This document shows, in pieces, positions 63,276 through 64,000 of a DNA stretch of 64,000 bases. The notes below the pieces were generated by a model that saw nothing but the letters and a program-made list of their open reading frames with translations, was not told the origin of the DNA and searched no databases. Position numbers and translations under genes: made by a program. The stretch is from the NCBI GenBank assembly GCA_044892525.1, contig CM097885.1:14446001-14510000 (forward strand), read 5' to 3'. How positions within the stretch are numbered: the first letter of the stretch is position 1; the number at the start of each line of letters is the position of its first letter. Source of the stretch: Schmidtea polychroa. Its lineage: Eukaryota.

Positions 63276-63495
63276 TCCAAGAGCGTTGCCACCCAACATG
63301 TGTCGCCGAATTCCAAATGTGTATAAAATGACTTAACTATTATTTGATTTGTGCTATTCAGTGTTTTGACATTTATTATTTGTGATCTGAAACATTCATC
63401 TTGTGTTATTTGATTAATTTTTATGTTTTTATTGTAATGCTGTTTACCAAAAGCCTTTCTTGCTTTTTGTCTTGTTTTCGAGACGAAAATCTTTT

Positions 63496-63508
63496 AGGGG
63501 GTAAGACT
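63496..63508 (+). other. Polypurine tract
   Basis: AGGGGGTAAGACT immediately before the 3' LTR TG at 63509. Confidence 0.85.
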
Positions 63509-64000
63509 TGTTAGGGATAGGCCTGGAGCCTTATTGACAAAATAAATAAAAATTACTAAAATTAGAAATAGCATAAATAAAAATAATAAAGTATTACCGA
63601 AAATAAAAGATAGGTTTTATTAATTACTATTAATAGAATTAAGTAGCATATAGGAATATTTGATAATACTATTACTATATATAGTAATTATAAAATTGCT
63701 ATTAATATAATAAATAATTAAAATATAATATAAATACTGGTTCAAAACGAGAACCAAGGGGGACGATAAAACATTGAGACAACAATTTGGACGATAAATT
63801 GTAGAGAATAATTTGGGAAATTATTTAATTATCATTTTAAAGAAGACGTGATTAAAGAATCACTGTGTATGTCAAAATTAATTCAAGGAATTTGTCAACA
63901 GTTCAAATTAAATTTAAATATTTCATCGCACCAGACGAAATTCCGATTCAAATTTCAGATCGATTTCAAAGTTGAAAATTTGCTATAAATTGCCAAACAA
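63509..64000 (+). repeat. 3' LTR (truncated by the window end)
   Basis: 490/492 identical to 51751-52242. Confidence 0.97.

Larger units (their letters stand above)
51751..64000 (+). mobile_element. Ty3/Gypsy LTR retroelement with glycoprotein and accessory ORFs (runs off the window; about 12.8 kb if the 3' LTR is full length)
   Basis: Two near-identical LTRs, PBS, PPT, PR-RT-RH-IN order, plus env-like and extra modules. Confidence 0.97.

Overview
Very AT-rich animal genomic DNA with short 43-55 bp introns and dense DNA-transposon debris; a planarian-like flatworm origin is my inference. There is one assembly gap (35310-35532). Host genes: a complete six-exon CFAP299 (233 aa) with an RFX X-box at its start, two very large Ser/Asn/Lys-rich exons on the minus strand, and a spliced plus-strand gene of unknown function. 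Mobile elements: a near-intact hAT, a decayed hAT nested in a Gypsy integrase, MULE and Merlin remnants, many hAT, piggyBac and Tc1/pogo MITEs, and a patchwork of captured RACK1 and PRP19 fragments. The main find is a young Gypsy-type LTR retroelement (51751 to beyond 64000). Its gag, a chuvirus/Mononegavirales-like class III fusion glycoprotein and pol all lie in ONE reading frame in the order gag-env-pol. That frame has six in-frame stops, all before the protease. The integrase continues into a signal-peptide plus FN3-like extension, and a separate ORF behind a splice acceptor encodes a REX4/ISG20-like exonuclease fold lacking its catalytic residues. All protein assignments come from motif recognition by eye, not database searches.
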